Positions 26,830 to 36,654 of a DNA stretch of 64,000 bases are shown piece by piece. This stretch comes from Patescibacteria group bacterium (GTDB taxonomy: Bacteria; Patescibacteriota; Minisyncoccia; UBA6257; GWB1-50-10). Position 1 is the first letter of the stretch, and each line of letters opens with the position of its first letter. Position numbers and translations under genes: made by a program. The notes under the pieces were generated by a model. That model saw only the letters and a program-made list of their open reading frames with translations, made no database searches and was not told where the DNA came from. Where the stretch lies: contig JBFLWN010000005.1 of the NCBI GenBank assembly GCA_040757555.1, forward strand, positions 8,045 to 72,044. The letters are read 5' to 3'.

Positions 26830-27675
26830 CTATGTGGAATGCATAACGATATTTCCCGCCTCCTGTAAAACTTTCTTTAATTTTGATTCCGGTAAATTAA
26901 ATTCTTTCAGTGTTGAGGGATCGTCTTTTACTTGTTTGCACAATACGATATTTTTTTGCAAAAGCACATGCTGTTGTCCGGGTCGTAAATTTGAAAGACA
27001 CGTTACCGGATGCAATCCCGAAGACTCAATAAGATCCTGAAGACTTCCATTGTCCGGATAACTCCACCCAATCGCTTTCATTCCCACACATTCCGCATAC
27101 TGAATTGCATCGCTCGTAAGTTTTGTATTGGTAACAAGCCATATCTCCTGAAATTCACAAAGTCCTCCTTTTTCTGCAATACACTTTCGTTTTATATCCT
27201 CAAAACGTGCCTGTACATATAATGCAGTTTTTACATCCGATTTCATCCCCTGCTGGTTATGAAATTTACACTCTACAAGAATTCTTTTTCCATCCTTTTC
27301 GGCTACCACATCAACCTCATGGGTCACACACGCCCCTTGTACAATCTGAGCTATTTTGACGGCATATCCCTTAGCACGAAGCAATTCTCCCACAAAATGC
27401 TCAAACGGATGTCCACTCGGTCCCATGTCCATCACAGCTTTTTTCAAATGATATCGCGTTGCCACCATGCGCTCTTCCCGACGTAAAAGAGAAAACGCCT
27501 GTTTATAGATATCCGATGTGGAAAGCACCGCGCCGTCTTTTAAAAGACGCTCTATGTCGACTACGACACGATCAATGAGCTGGGAGGAAGCTCCCGAACG
27601 CATAAGCGAATTTCTTAACTTTTCCTCGGAAAATAACTCTTTTTGCCCGGATGCTTTTGTAATGAATAAATCCAT
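26830..27675 (-). CDS. ATP-cone domain fused to Mrr-like PD-(D/E)xK restriction-endonuclease domain
   Basis: N-terminal ATP-cone (ITKASGQKELFSEEKLRNSL); C-terminal EVDVVAEKDGKRILVECKFH nuclease motif. Confidence 0.6.
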   Translation of the reverse strand: MDLFITKASGQKELFSEEKLRNSLMRSGASSQLIDRVVVDIERLLKDGAVLSTSDIYKQAFSLLRREERMVATRYHLKKAVMDMGPSGHPFEHFVGELLRAKGYAVKIAQIVQGACVTHEVDVVAEKDGKRILVECKFHNQQGMKSDVKTALYVQARFEDIKRKCIAEKGGLCEFQEIWLVTNTKLTSDAIQYAECVGMKAIGWSYPDNGSLQDLIESSGLHPVTCLSNLRPGQQHVLLQKNIVLCKQVKDDPSTLKEFNLPESKLKKVLQEAGNIVMHST

Positions 27676-27744
27676 AGATATCTCTAATTATACATACGAT
27701 TGCAGAATATAAAAACTTGATGTAGTGTGAGAGAAAACAAAAAT

Positions 27745-28857
27745 ATGGAAGAACAAAATAAAAGTTACCAAAACATCAAAGTATCGGGGGTGAAACATTC
27801 GATGATTGAAATTGAAGGTGAAATCACCGCAGAGGCACTGGAAACACATCGAAAAAAGGCGCTTGCAAAAATAAAGAAAGATTTTGAAATGCCAGGATTT
27901 CGAAAAGGAAATGTTCCTGAACACATCCTTGAAAAAAATATCGACAGCAAACATCTTCTTGAAGATGCCGCATACACTGCACTTGAAGAAGCATATCCAA
28001 ATATCGTAGTGGAAAAAAATATTAAGGTATTTACAATTCCAACGATCTCCATCACAAAACTCGCATTCGGAAATCCCGTCTCGTTTAAAATATCCGTTGG
28101 GGTCGTTCCGGAATTCAAACTTCCGAATTACAAAAAAATTGCGGAGGGAATAATGAAGAAAGAAGATGTGGTTACTGTCGAAGACGATGAAATAGAAGGA
28201 GTAATACGTCAGATACAAGTGATGCGCGCACCATTAAAGCCAAAAGAAAAAGAAACTGATGGAGATGAGGTGGCACATCCTGAATTTACCGATGAATTTG
28301 TAAAAACACTTGGGGATTTCAAGGACGTGGATGATTTTAAGAAAAAAGTAAGAGAAAATATTCTCGAAGAAAAGAAATTTGAGGCAAGAAAACAAAAACG
28401 CGAATTACTTGCAAAGAAACTTGTGGAAGAAACCTCGATAGAAATCCCCGCTTCGCTTATTGAGGATGAAGTATCGCGCATAAAAGAACGACTGGAAGAA
28501 GAAATGAAAAAATATAATCTCACAAAAGAAGAATATTTCAAAAAAATCAATAAAACCGAAGAACAATTAATCCAAGAACAACGGGAATACATCACTAATC
28601 AGCACAAAACAAAACTCATTTTAAAGAAAATCGCTGAAGAGGAAAAAATAGTACCGACAAAAGAAGAACTCGAGCACGAATTCAATCATTTAATCGAACA
28701 CTATAAGGATGTTGATCCCTATCGCGCCTACGGATACATCGAAGGGATGCTCACAAACGAAAAAACACTAAGATTTCTCGAGGGAGAAGAAAAAGAAACA
28801 AAAGAAAAAGAGAAAAAGGGAGAAAAAGAAGAAGACACACATTTGCATAGTCATTAA
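27745..28857 (+). CDS. tig: Trigger factor (no PPIase domain evident)
   Basis: N-terminal ribosome-binding signature PGFRKGNVP; length and charge pattern fit TF N+C domains. Confidence 0.65.
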   Translation: MEEQNKSYQNIKVSGVKHSMIEIEGEITAEALETHRKKALAKIKKDFEMPGFRKGNVPEHILEKNIDSKHLLEDAAYTALEEAYPNIVVEKNIKVFTIPTISITKLAFGNPVSFKISVGVVPEFKLPNYKKIAEGIMKKEDVVTVEDDEIEGVIRQIQVMRAPLKPKEKETDGDEVAHPEFTDEFVKTLGDFKDVDDFKKKVRENILEEKKFEARKQKRELLAKKLVEETSIEIPASLIEDEVSRIKERLEEEMKKYNLTKEEYFKKINKTEEQLIQEQREYITNQHKTKLILKKIAEEEKIVPTKEELEHEFNHLIEHYKDVDPYRAYGYIEGMLTNEKTLRFLEGEEKETKEKEKKGEKEEDTHLHSH

Positions 28858-29038
28858 AAACTGTGTTTTAAGCTGGGCTGTGCATAAATCCCTTTGACCA
28901 CACATCGAAACGTTGTTAATATATAAATATCCACAGGAAAGAACGCCACTTGAGATTTTTTCTCCGGTGGTGTTTTTTAATCAAAAAGAAGAACCGCTTT
29001 GTGGGCGGCTCATTTTTTAATGGTGTATATCACTAAAG

Positions 29039-29419
29039 TCAAGAAAAATTAAAATCTCTGATGTGTTTTCTCATTTCTTTCATAGTCTGCTCCACTAATC
29101 GGTAAAATTCATCTGAAGGAAGATTTAATTCACGCATGGTGTCCTCGGGAGACCTATCTTCAAACAAATATAAGTCAAAAAGTTTCCGTTGTTCTCCGGT
29201 AAATTCTCCATTTGTGCGAAGAAGCACCTCCCTTACCATATCATTTCTCCTTGTTCGGATGGTTTCTGCACGAGAGAGATTCTTTTGGCGCTCAATATCG
29301 ATTTTGGACAAAACTTTTGGAGCCTCCTGCACTCCTGGTGCCATCTCTGTTTTTTTCTGTTCTTGCGCTTTTTCCCTCTCTCTCTTTTCCTTCCTTTCCT
29401 TCTTTTTACTCGACGACAT
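29039..29419 (-). CDS. Small protein with sigma-70 region-4-like HTH and Lys/Glu-rich N-terminus
   Basis: EQRKLFDLYLFEDRSPEDTMRELNLPSDEFYRLVEQTMKEMRKHI resembles the Sigma70_r4_2 consensus. Confidence 0.45.
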   Translation of the reverse strand: MSSSKKKERKEKREREKAQEQKKTEMAPGVQEAPKVLSKIDIERQKNLSRAETIRTRRNDMVREVLLRTNGEFTGEQRKLFDLYLFEDRSPEDTMRELNLPSDEFYRLVEQTMKEMRKHIRDFNFS

Positions 29420-29514
29420 AGGATGCCTCGCGTTTTTTAATTTTTAAATGAGTGAGTTAACTGAAACTAAATTTAGAATAGAAAAAAATAAGCCCCTTGT
29501 CCAGGGGTTATTTT

Positions 29515-29901
29515 TTAGTTTTTCTGTTCGTCTTTTAACGTGGTAAGTTTTTTGTGTCTTATACTTCTCTCATTTATGAAAGTGGAGATGAGGTCACGGA
29601 TGTGATTTTGTTCCCGAAGAACCTCCGAGAGGTGAAACTTTGATGAAGCAATGGTATCTTTCACTCGATTTATAACCTGGTAATCATTTTTATTTGCTTC
29701 CCCTTTTGATGCAAGTTCTATAAGCTCTCCCCAAAAAACCTTATCTTTTTCCAACCCACTTTTTATGTCGGCAATATACACTTCGTTTCTATCGAATTCA
29801 TTTTGTAATCCATCAAGTACCTCCTCAAATGTCTGTTCGTGTTCTTTTTGATTTTCCGGTAGGGTATCCCCCACAAAAATTTCGTTTTTATTTATATCCA
29901 T
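29515..29901 (-). CDS. Hypothetical protein
   Basis: 128-aa ORF; no recognisable motif. Confidence 0.4.
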   Translation of the reverse strand: MDINKNEIFVGDTLPENQKEHEQTFEEVLDGLQNEFDRNEVYIADIKSGLEKDKVFWGELIELASKGEANKNDYQVINRVKDTIASSKFHLSEVLREQNHIRDLISTFINERSIRHKKLTTLKDEQKN

Positions 29902-29913
29902 ATATTGATTATA

Positions 29914-30654
29914 TCAAGGTTTCTGTATTTTATTCAATTGTTCAGAAAAATTTTCCCGCTCCCGAAGATGAGCCCGAATGTCGAGAAACATTTTAAGTGC
30001 CCAAAACACAATGAGGAAACCAACCGAGTTATTTCCAAGAAGAAAAAATATCACTGCACCAATGAGAAGAGTAATATGCATCACTACAATCCGCTTATAG
30101 GGCTGAAACATTTGTACGAAGGGACTTATCTGTTCGCATTCTTTGTTTCCGATAAAATTCTGAACATATGAAAATCCGTGACTTATAAAAAGTGACAACG
30201 CGGCAATCCAAAATCCATGAATATCGGAAAATGCAGAAATTGGTCCCGAATAAGAAACGGTGTAAGAAACGGAAGACCCGGAGGAGATAATAGTGGGAAG
30301 AATATTTCGTAATGCAATCTCACGAAAACCAAGGAGAAATCCCAAGTGTGCAAGCATAAAAACTCCATAATGAAATGTGAAGAATGGGATGAGAAAAAAG
30401 CGGGATAGTATACTTGAAATTCGATAACTTATACGTATTCTTACGTCTGAAATAGATGGAATATACTTCGAAAGTCCGCCCGACGCCTTGGTCATTTTTG
30501 GTATGTTCCATATCCCGATAATAAGACTCTCAATCCAGTAGAGAACGAGCATTGAAAATATATCCCACCCCCAGAACAACACTCCAAAAAGTGGTATAAG
30601 GTTTGCGAGAATAAGGGAAATAAGTGATTTGTATTTAAAGATTGTATTTATCAT
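29914..30654 (-). CDS. Hypothetical polytopic membrane protein
   Basis: 246 aa; about 6 hydrophobic segments. Confidence 0.45.
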   Translation of the reverse strand: MINTIFKYKSLISLILANLIPLFGVLFWGWDIFSMLVLYWIESLIIGIWNIPKMTKASGGLSKYIPSISDVRIRISYRISSILSRFFLIPFFTFHYGVFMLAHLGFLLGFREIALRNILPTIISSGSSVSYTVSYSGPISAFSDIHGFWIAALSLFISHGFSYVQNFIGNKECEQISPFVQMFQPYKRIVVMHITLLIGAVIFFLLGNNSVGFLIVFWALKMFLDIRAHLRERENFSEQLNKIQKP

Positions 30655-30664
30655 CTATAAAAAA

Positions 30665-31477
30665 CTAATCCTGGGTGAGGGTGTAAATTTCAATATCCGG
30701 TAGGCAGGGATAGTTATAAAAAAACACCTTCCTATTATCAGGATCGAAACCCGTGACCGTTCCATTCACCAAAACCGTTCCTGAATATTGCTCTCCCCTT
30801 TTATCTTTCCAATGTATATACGCATAGGGATGTTTTTCGTCTTTTGGAATGCGTTCAATAACATACCAACTTCCGTCCATCGCATTAAAATACACTTTTC
30901 CTTGCCACGAGACTTCATCTCCAATTTTTATTCCGGTTGCGATTTCACATTTTTCAAAATCTTTCACCACACCGTGAGTTACCGGGATAATTTCTTGTGG
31001 AATACGATTAAGTTGCCATATGGAAAAATTTAACACGGATGCAAATGATACCCATAACAAATAAGGAATGAAAAGAATTCCCGCGATCTTTTTGATGCGG
31101 AAAAAAAGAAACGCGGTAACGAGTATCGAAAGCCACAGTATTATGATTTCAATAAATGCAAAAAACGGATTATTGAGTCCAAAGAAAATTATTGACCAAA
31201 GTGTATTGAGTACCAGATGCCCAAAAAACACCACCATCGCAACTCTTTTTTTATTTTTATCACTATCACTCTTCCATACAATAAAAAGAGAGACCCCCAT
31301 CAAAATATAAAGAAGGGTCCATACGGGACCAAAAATCCAATTGGGAGGACTAAAAGACGGCCTTATAAGCGTGGCATACCACGAATTGATCGCCGGCGTT
31401 GTAAAGAAAGACCCAATAAACCCTGCCGCGAGTGGCAAGACCAAAGAAACAATAAATTTTATTTGTTTTGAAAGCAT
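30665..31477 (-). CDS. TspO/MBR (tryptophan-rich sensory protein) fused to a C-terminal ~110-aa soluble domain
   Basis: TspO signature (SWYATLIRPSFSPPNWIFGPVWTLLYILMG); extra C-terminal domain of unknown function. Confidence 0.7.
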   Translation of the reverse strand: MLSKQIKFIVSLVLPLAAGFIGSFFTTPAINSWYATLIRPSFSPPNWIFGPVWTLLYILMGVSLFIVWKSDSDKNKKRVAMVVFFGHLVLNTLWSIIFFGLNNPFFAFIEIIILWLSILVTAFLFFRIKKIAGILFIPYLLWVSFASVLNFSIWQLNRIPQEIIPVTHGVVKDFEKCEIATGIKIGDEVSWQGKVYFNAMDGSWYVIERIPKDEKHPYAYIHWKDKRGEQYSGTVLVNGTVTGFDPDNRKVFFYNYPCLPDIEIYTLTQD

Positions 31478-31499
31478 GGGGATAGTATTAAAATTTTCC

Positions 31500-31673
31500 C
31501 TACATCGTTTTTCTCACTCCCTTAAATAAGGTTCTCTTTTTCTTCATTTGATCCAAAAATCTTTTCTTATCGTCACGCTTCGTCCAGCGTTTTAATTTCG
31601 GATTCCATACCTGATCTCTCTTCTTTATTGCGCCAGTTCTTTTCCCGTCTTTTGGTAAATTTGTTGCCATATT
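31500..31673 (-). CDS. Small basic protein (57 aa)
   Basis: MATNLPKDGKRTGAIKKRDQ...; TATAAT box upstream; the upstream part of the ORF-track ORF is probably artefactual. Confidence 0.3.
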   Translation of the reverse strand, partial: NMATNLPKDGKRTGAIKKRDQVWNPKLKRWTKRDDKKRFLDQMKKKRTLFKGVRKTM

Positions 31674-31726
31674 GTGTGTATGAATATATATGACCTTTCC
31701 TTTATTATATACTTTTATGCCAAAGA

Positions 31727-31756
31727 AAAATCCCCAACATCTGAGGGGATTTTTTA
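31727..31756 (-). terminator. Rho-independent terminator
   Basis: AATCCCCAACATCTGAGGGGATTTTTT. Confidence 0.65.
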
Positions 31757-32146
31757 TTAATTTGTAAATAACGTGCCATTTCTTATTCCCTGAATTATTC
31801 CGCCGACAATGTACGCGACAAGAAACCAGAGACCGAAAAAACAAAATGTGACAAGAAGGGCCATTATTAACGTCAACGAATCGGAAATTATAAAAGATAT
31901 AAGAAAATATCCAATCAAAAACAAGAAAAGGCAAACAAGAGCATATCCGGTAATCTCCTTATTTTTCGGCGCCATAGAAATATTCATGAGATACACAGGA
32001 AACGAAAGCGTTATCAAGATGTGCCATCCAAGTCTTTGCCACCCTGTTTTTTTCCCTTCACCTTTTTCACAGGCCATCAGATAAACATGTGCGAACAATT
32101 GCGTCATGAAAAAAATAACTCCGACGATAAACATTATTTTTTGCAT
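31757..32146 (-). CDS. Hypothetical membrane protein
   Basis: 129 aa; 4 TM. Confidence 0.4.
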   Translation of the reverse strand: MQKIMFIVGVIFFMTQLFAHVYLMACEKGEGKKTGWQRLGWHILITLSFPVYLMNISMAPKNKEITGYALVCLFLFLIGYFLISFIISDSLTLIMALLVTFCFFGLWFLVAYIVGGIIQGIRNGTLFTN

Positions 32147-32427
32147 TCCTCTTCCTCCTCTATTATTACTTCTATATTATTTTCCTCTACCCAGTTACCA
32201 AAAACAATTTTTGAACTCTGATATCCATTACCAAATCCAAATCGTAGAGGTTCATTTGTTGGGTTTGGATCGGGATATCCTTTTGCAAGTTTCAATCTCT
32301 CGAACGGAACATGAATTTTTTCACAACTGGAAACAAATTCTTCCCATTTCTTTCGAGAGTCAATGAAACCAAATACTCCACATGCATCAAAATAAAAAGG
32401 TATCCATTTTCCTGATTTTCCTTTCAT
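32134..32427 (-). CDS. Hypothetical protein
   Basis: 97 aa; 13-nt overlap with the downstream gene. Confidence 0.4.
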   Translation of the reverse strand: MKGKSGKWIPFYFDACGVFGFIDSRKKWEEFVSSCEKIHVPFERLKLAKGYPDPNPTNEPLRFGFGNGYQSSKIVFGNWVEENNIEVIIEEEEECKK

Positions 32428-32602
32428 ATTTTTCTCCGATATACGTTATTAAAAATGCTAGCTATAAAATAACAGAAATATAGATATTCAGTCAAGCTAA
32501 AACATTTCCCTTGTTTAGCTCTTTACAAAACAAAATATATGTAATATAATATATACAGAAACTTACTAAATATATAACCACTTAAACACAGAGGAGATTT
32601 CC

Positions 32603-33058
32603 ATGACGCGAGTACTTACCATTAAAGAAGCAACTCTTCTACTTCAAAAAGTAAAAGAGCTGAAATCAATCACACGTCCGATGGTAGAAAACATCCCCGG
32701 TCTCATCGCATCACGTGATAAAAATGCCGCGGATTCACTTGAAAACGAATTAGATGTTCTCGGAGCACAGATTAAATCACTGGAAACGGATTTAAAAAAT
32801 GCCCGTTTTATATTTCCAGAAAAACAAGATAAAGAAGTATGGATGGGAAATATCATTCTTGCCTCATTTGATGGAAATCCATCATCTGAGTTTATAATGT
32901 CTGATCTCGTTGAAAGAAATGACGGAAGAATGGCGATTTCTTCATCGTCACCAGTAGGAAAGGCGATACTCGGAAAAAGCATGGGAAGATATGAAATACA
33001 ATTACCAAAGAAAAAGATGGTCATGGAAATTCATAAAATACTTCCCCCAGAAGATTAA
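32603..33058 (+). CDS. greA: Transcription elongation factor GreA
   Basis: C-terminal ISSSSPVGKAILGKSMGRYEIQLP matches the Gre C-domain; N-terminal coiled coil. Confidence 0.7.
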   Translation: MTRVLTIKEATLLLQKVKELKSITRPMVENIPGLIASRDKNAADSLENELDVLGAQIKSLETDLKNARFIFPEKQDKEVWMGNIILASFDGNPSSEFIMSDLVERNDGRMAISSSSPVGKAILGKSMGRYEIQLPKKKMVMEIHKILPPED

Positions 33059-33063
33059 AAAGA

Positions 33064-33090
33064 AAAAAACCCCAATATACGGGGTTTTTT
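33064..33090. terminator. Bidirectional terminator
   Basis: AAAAACCCCAATATACGGGGTTTTTT. Confidence 0.7.
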
Positions 33091-33097
33091 ATATTTT

Positions 33098-33994
33098 CTA
33101 TTTCTCTTTCTTTTCTTTTAGTACCTCAAGATATTTTAGAAGTTCATTATATCTTTGAAATAAGTGGTCGAAAATAATTCGCTCAATTGCTTCAGTATCA
33201 TTAAGATCCCAGATACACTGCAATAGTCGTTCTATTGGCTCATCTTTTGCTCGGGCAATGAGCACTTCACGTATTAATTTCTGAGCATCTTCTACCTTAT
33301 CCGCCTTCCATGCATTATTCAAAAATACTATCAGTGAATCGAATGTGAAATCATATATTTTATTTACAATTTCATCATATGCTCGCATCACAAGTTCGTT
33401 TGAACATGCAACTACTATCCTCTCAAATTCTTTTGGAAGAAGGTCCGGAAGTTCGAGGTTCAACCGATCGAGATAGTTTCGTTCAAGCATATCCTGCATG
33501 TCATCTTCCATGGACTCAATAACCTCCTCTCGAGAGACAAGTTTCAGCGCCTCCTGAAACTCTTCAAGAATAATGTCGGTGGCGTCGAGATAAAAATCCG
33601 CTTTTTTGAAAAGAATAATTAGTTCTTTTACCGGCCTTCCTTCGATGGCATCGGCAAGTCCCGCAGAAAGACATGTGCATGTTTCTATATTCTGTATGAT
33701 AGGAAAATACGGCAAAAAATCCTCTGGAGACATTGATTTCATCCTCTCAAGAAGAACAAACTCAACAATTTTATTTACATCCTCATATTTCTCACTTTCC
33801 TTTTCTTCTATTCCTATATCTCCGTCCTTAAGAAGAAAAAGAACCTTTAATCGTTCTTCACCGAGTTTGCTGTGAAGAATAATAAGTTCGTGTGTCGAAA
33901 GTTTCTCTACGTGCCCCTTAAATTCTTCAGAGGTTATCTTTCCTATTTGATATAACGCAAGAGAGACTACTGCCCTTAATTCAGATGCTTTCAT
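33098..33994 (-). CDS. Hypothetical protein
   Basis: 298 aa; acidic, helical. Confidence 0.45.
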   Translation of the reverse strand: MKASELRAVVSLALYQIGKITSEEFKGHVEKLSTHELIILHSKLGEERLKVLFLLKDGDIGIEEKESEKYEDVNKIVEFVLLERMKSMSPEDFLPYFPIIQNIETCTCLSAGLADAIEGRPVKELIILFKKADFYLDATDIILEEFQEALKLVSREEVIESMEDDMQDMLERNYLDRLNLELPDLLPKEFERIVVACSNELVMRAYDEIVNKIYDFTFDSLIVFLNNAWKADKVEDAQKLIREVLIARAKDEPIERLLQCIWDLNDTEAIERIIFDHLFQRYNELLKYLEVLKEKKEK

Positions 33995-34089
33995 TTCAAT
34001 CCCCTTTTTAGTTTTTAGTTTCTATTTATAAGGTCGTACAAACATGGGCGGATGTCAAATAAAACTCCCCAAATATCTGGGGAGTTTTC

Positions 34090-34440
34090 TTATATCTTCG
34101 AACCGATAAATTTCTGAACATCGGATGAATCACCAATACATTCTTCGCACATACACGACTTATGGGTCCTTACACCATCTACTGTTACCTCTTTGTGCTC
34201 ACAATGATGTTCGTTGTGCGAATCGGTTTTACATCCGTCACAGATTACTTCAAGCGGAAGTAAATTTGTTGTTTTTCCAAAATAGCGTTCGCGGATAATA
34301 AAACAATCCTGGCAAGTAAAAAGTTCTTTACCTTCCGGACTGAACTTAGGAAGATATTTAATCGTGGCCGGTTTTCCACAATCAAAACAAATTTTATCCT
34401 TAAATGGGATAATTTGTACAAGTCCTGAATTTTCAGCCAT
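34090..34440 (-). CDS. Cys-rich zinc-ribbon protein
   Basis: Start MAENSG at 34440; multiple CxxC pairs (CFDCG, CQDCF, CDGC, CEEC). Confidence 0.45.
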   Translation of the reverse strand: MAENSGLVQIIPFKDKICFDCGKPATIKYLPKFSPEGKELFTCQDCFIIRERYFGKTTNLLPLEVICDGCKTDSHNEHHCEHKEVTVDGVRTHKSCMCEECIGDSSDVQKFIGSKI

Positions 34441-34582
34441 TTTTCTATTCCTTATATGAATTAATAAAAACTGAGAATATGGTACATATAAAAACATACC
34501 TGGTCAACCAGTGTTGCGAATAGTTAATTTTTTCTTTACCCTAAAAAAATGCCCCGCTGGATTAACCATATGGGGCGAATAA

Positions 34583-34816
34583 TTACCTTAAAAATCCGGA
34601 ATATACAACCACAAAGAAAAGAGTAAGAAGAGAATAAACAAAAACCTCAATCCACATCAGTGGAAGAACTTTTCTTTTTAGGTAGTTCTTATAGTCTTCT
34701 GCTTTTAAAACTATAGATTTCGATCTCTTTGTATTTACAAGAGTTAAAATCGAAACCAATAGAAGCCCTCCGGAAAACGCTAAGGCAACGCTAGCTATCG
34801 CTGCTGATATGTACAT
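34583..34816 (-). CDS. Small membrane protein
   Basis: 77 aa; 2 TM. Confidence 0.35.
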   Translation of the reverse strand: MYISAAIASVALAFSGGLLLVSILTLVNTKRSKSIVLKAEDYKNYLKRKVLPLMWIEVFVYSLLTLFFVVVYSGFLR

Positions 34817-34866
34817 AATTTAACTCCTTTAATGTTCTGTGTCTATTATAGCATATACAAATAATA

Positions 34867-35526
34867 ATGTCAATATCTCCAATTTTACCTGAAAACATCA
34901 TACTTATCGATAAACCAAAGGGAATCACCTCTTTTGACGTGATTCGTGCACTCAGAAGAAAAATGAATATACGAAAAATGGGACACGCGGGCACACTCGA
35001 TCCCCTTGCAACTGGCCTTATGATTATCGGAATAAATGAAGGGACAAAAAAGCTGAGTGATTATTTGAAACTTCCAAAAACATACGACGCGGAAATACTC
35101 TTCGGTATAAAAACGGACAGTGGTGATGTTGACGGAAAAATTATCGAAGAAAAAACTATTCCCCCATTTGAGAAAGAAAAAATTGAAGATGCACTGCACC
35201 AAATGATTGGCAAAAGAAAAATACAGGCACCGATGTATTCGGCATTAAAAGTTGCGGGAAAACCGTTATACAAATATGCCCGTGCAGGAGATACATCCGT
35301 TGTTGCACCGGAAAAAGAAATGGAAGTCCGTGGAATTGAATTCCTCGGTGAACGATGTGAAAACCAACGCCAAATCATTTCGGCTCGTATAGACGTTTCG
35401 AGTGGAACATATATTAGATCTCTTGCGGAAGAAATCGGAAAATTACTTGGTGTTCCCGCTACAATAAAAAACCTTCGCCGCATTCGCATTGGAGAGTTCA
35501 CTATTGAGCAAGCGGAAACGATATAG
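34867..35526 (+). CDS. truB: tRNA pseudouridine(55) synthase TruB
   Basis: LIDKPKGITSFDV...GHAGTLDPLATG catalytic Asp motif. Confidence 0.85.
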   Translation: MSISPILPENIILIDKPKGITSFDVIRALRRKMNIRKMGHAGTLDPLATGLMIIGINEGTKKLSDYLKLPKTYDAEILFGIKTDSGDVDGKIIEEKTIPPFEKEKIEDALHQMIGKRKIQAPMYSALKVAGKPLYKYARAGDTSVVAPEKEMEVRGIEFLGERCENQRQIISARIDVSSGTYIRSLAEEIGKLLGVPATIKNLRRIRIGEFTIEQAETI

Positions 35527-35557
35527 AAAAAATCCCCATCATTGTGTGGGGATTTTT
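35527..35557. terminator. Bidirectional terminator
   Basis: AAAAAATCCCCATCATTGTGTGGGGATTTTT. Confidence 0.7.
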
Positions 35558-35558
35558 A

Positions 35559-36545
35559 TTAATATGCTATCGTTCGTGTTCGATGGAATGGCTCTTTGAA
35601 CTTCATTTTCCGAGTCATGCCCCAAAGCACAGAATCTATCTGCGCAGGAGTATATTTCCCGTTATGAAGCTCACGAATCAATTCGACCGCACGCACCGTC
35701 GCAGCACGGATCTGCACTTCAGCCGGATCATCTCTTTCTATCAATTCATTCTTGCGAATTTTTTCAGCAAGATATGGGGAATATTCCAACACCCCGAATT
35801 CTCTGAGTACCTGAGGCACTCGATAGTCGGCAAATGCAGTTAATTCGGAAATATTCTTTAGTCCACTTTCTCCGTAACGTCGAAGCACTTTATGGGTGTG
35901 ATATGCACATAACTGTGCGCGCTTCAAAAATGGAACACGCATACTTCGAAACCGTGATGTATCAAAATATGAAGAAAAGTTTTCCGCAATAAGATCCACT
36001 AATGCAACCGCATCGTAATCCGCCTCTTCAACGACATTCTGATACTTCCCCCTGAATTTACCGATGAGAACGAATCCAATATTTTTTAAACACAACAATC
36101 GTTCGTGAACCATCGGAATTTCTGTTCCAAGAAACCCACGAAACAAGTATTTCACCTGTTCCTCAGTGAGAGTGTTCAAAAAATTTGGAGAAAGTACTTT
36201 CGTCCCACTCTTGAGTGCTCGATCAAGGGAGATGCTCAACGCATCGGCACCCCACCTTGTATGGCGAGATTCACCCTCTTTTTCCTCAATCACCCATTGC
36301 CGTTTTGACACATCGGGCCAAAACGAAAAATTCACGGCATTCTTTATAAAAATGAGTTGCAGATCATTTTTCAATTCATCTCCGATAATTTTCAACGGAG
36401 CGTGAGAGGTATTCGAAAATTCAGGAATTTTACGGGCAAGTGTCAGTACCTGTTCATTGTTTATTTTTACACACGATGCCCGTTGCATCACTTTTTCTGT
36501 TGAGGGGAGAAGATCTCTTAACCCAACTTTTTTTACTTCTATCAT
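35559..36545 (-). CDS. Putative queuosine-salvage family protein (DUF2419/Qng1-like)
   Basis: 328 aa; C-terminal FHRTRTIAY-type motif recalled for this family; assignment tentative. Confidence 0.4.
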   Translation of the reverse strand: MIEVKKVGLRDLLPSTEKVMQRASCVKINNEQVLTLARKIPEFSNTSHAPLKIIGDELKNDLQLIFIKNAVNFSFWPDVSKRQWVIEEKEGESRHTRWGADALSISLDRALKSGTKVLSPNFLNTLTEEQVKYLFRGFLGTEIPMVHERLLCLKNIGFVLIGKFRGKYQNVVEEADYDAVALVDLIAENFSSYFDTSRFRSMRVPFLKRAQLCAYHTHKVLRRYGESGLKNISELTAFADYRVPQVLREFGVLEYSPYLAEKIRKNELIERDDPAEVQIRAATVRAVELIRELHNGKYTPAQIDSVLWGMTRKMKFKEPFHRTRTIAY

Positions 36546-36654
36546 TACTTCCTCTGTTTGTTATATAAATATGCTGTGCATATTTTGTCATATAAACCGT
36601 AATATGTCAAAAATTTCTTTTCATATAAGAAAAAAGTGGTTACAATAAAAGGAA

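Noticed and set aside
27688-28595. Two minus-strand ORFs (176 and 128 aa) overlapping trigger factor
   Set aside because: Antisense to a well-supported tig gene, low-complexity Ser/Phe-rich translations, no RBS.
31674-31934. Upstream 87 codons of ORF 31500..31934
   Set aside because: Contains a TATAAT promoter and no RBS; only the C-terminal 57-aa basic ORF has start context.
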